Made by a program: the position numbers and the translations under genes
IMG/VR virus record: IMGVR_UViG_3300037466_002724
Coordinates: 27,009 to 91,008 of that record
From: a virus
Strand: one strand, 5' to 3'
DNA: 64,000 nt
The notes under the pieces: model-generated
Told to the model about the DNA's origin: nothing
Seen by the model: the letters and a program-made list of their open reading frames with translations, nothing else
Databases searched by the model: none
Part shown: piece after piece, positions 63,324 through 64,000 of the stretch
Position numbering within the stretch: the stretch's first letter is position 1
How the letters are laid out: the number at the start of each line of letters is the position of its first letter

Positions 63324-64000
63324 CCAACACTACCCAACCGAACAGCAGCGCAACGAGCGGCGAAGCGTGCCAAATCGACATGGATGGCACGCATTGCGAC
63401 AAGCCGGGTTGCATCATTGTCAATTGCAGCGCGACCTGCACCGGCTTAGAACCTGTACCGCAAGCGGCCACCACGGAGCAGGCCGGAGCTGTCGGGTTCC
63501 CGCAGCGCATGAAGTACGGAGCGCCCCATAGCGCCGGATACGTGGACGGCTTCAATGCGTGCTTACAACTGTGCCAGCTCGCATCCCCTGCGGCCACCAC
63601 GGAGCTGATCTACCAGATTGAATCAACGCTCAGGGATGGCATGCACTGGCGCGATACCAACGCCCAAGTCTACAGCGAGCACACTCCCGCGCACCGCCGC
63701 GTCGTCTATGGTTCCCATCCGGAAAGCGCGAGCCGTGAGAAGTGCGTAGCCTGCCGTGGCGCTGGCAACTTCACAATGGTTCGCGGCAAATTCGAGGCGA
63801 CGTGTCCTGACTGCAGCGGTACGGGCCGCGCCCCAGCACCCAGCCGTGAGGCTGCTGTACCGCAGATCAAGACGTGGGAGGAGCGTAAAGCTGAGTTCGA
63901 AAAAGACGGCGCGAAGTGGTACAGCGACGAACAATACCGCGATGCCGAAATTGCCGACCTGCGCGCCGCCCTCATCGCCACGGGAGCGAACCTACACACG
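63320..64000 (+). CDS. Hypothetical protein with CxxCxGxG Zn-finger pair, 3' truncated
   Basis: ATGA-coupled; CVACRGAG…CPDCSGTG; open to the window end. Confidence 0.55.
   Translation, partial: MTNTTQPNSSATSGEACQIDMDGTHCDKPGCIIVNCSATCTGLEPVPQAATTEQAGAVGFPQRMKYGAPHSAGYVDGFNACLQLCQLASPAATTELIYQIESTLRDGMHWRDTNAQVYSEHTPAHRRVVYGSHPESASREKCVACRGAGNFTMVRGKFEATCPDCSGTGRAPAPSREAAVPQIKTWEERKAEFEKDGAKWYSDEQYRDAEIADLRAALIATGANLHT

Larger units (their letters stand above)
1..64000. mobile_element. Segment of a temperate myovirus-type phage genome, apparently excised/circular (attP form)
   Basis: Continuous phage modules (head, contractile tail, baseplate, lysis, integrase, recombination, replication) with no host housekeeping genes; the att core has phage genes on both sides. 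Confidence 0.93.

Overview
The whole 64 kb window is part of a high-GC temperate tailed phage (myovirus morphotype) and contains no host chromosomal genes. It appears to be in the excised (attP) configuration: the tyrosine integrase and a 48-bp tRNA-Arg(ACG) 3' core sit mid-window, with arm-type repeats and phage genes on both sides. Left to right: two giant SNF2-type helicases (one DarB-like, 5' truncated) ahead of the head genes; a prohead protease, scaffold, capsid, neck, sheath and tube module whose motifs recall Twort/A511-like (Herelleviridae-type) virions; baseplate and several fibre/RBP genes; a lysis cassette invaded by an HNH endonuclease; a TraR/DksA-like gene; int/attP; a leftward recombination operon; a rightward helicase-SSB-nuclease-primase operon; and many small accessory ORFs. 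Terminase, portal and a CI-type repressor are not visible in the window. The most striking signals are non-coding or recoding. (1) Nine copies of a non-canonical late promoter, (GT)CGTGAC-N2-[-10], five of which would give leaderless mRNAs. (2) Two homologous GGTWACC iteron/IHF arrays ~51 kb apart, suggesting a bipartite or duplicated origin. (3) An unannotated +1 frameshift (TCC TTT CGC) in the tail chaperone. (4) A copy of the capsid N-arm inside the protease, plus a shared hydrophobic-x-K-[AS] putative processing tag that also marks a SNF2 helicase. (5) A structured, attenuator-like leader on the primase gene. (6) attP-arm repeat pairs re-used at distant start codons. All family assignments come from motif recognition, not from database searches.
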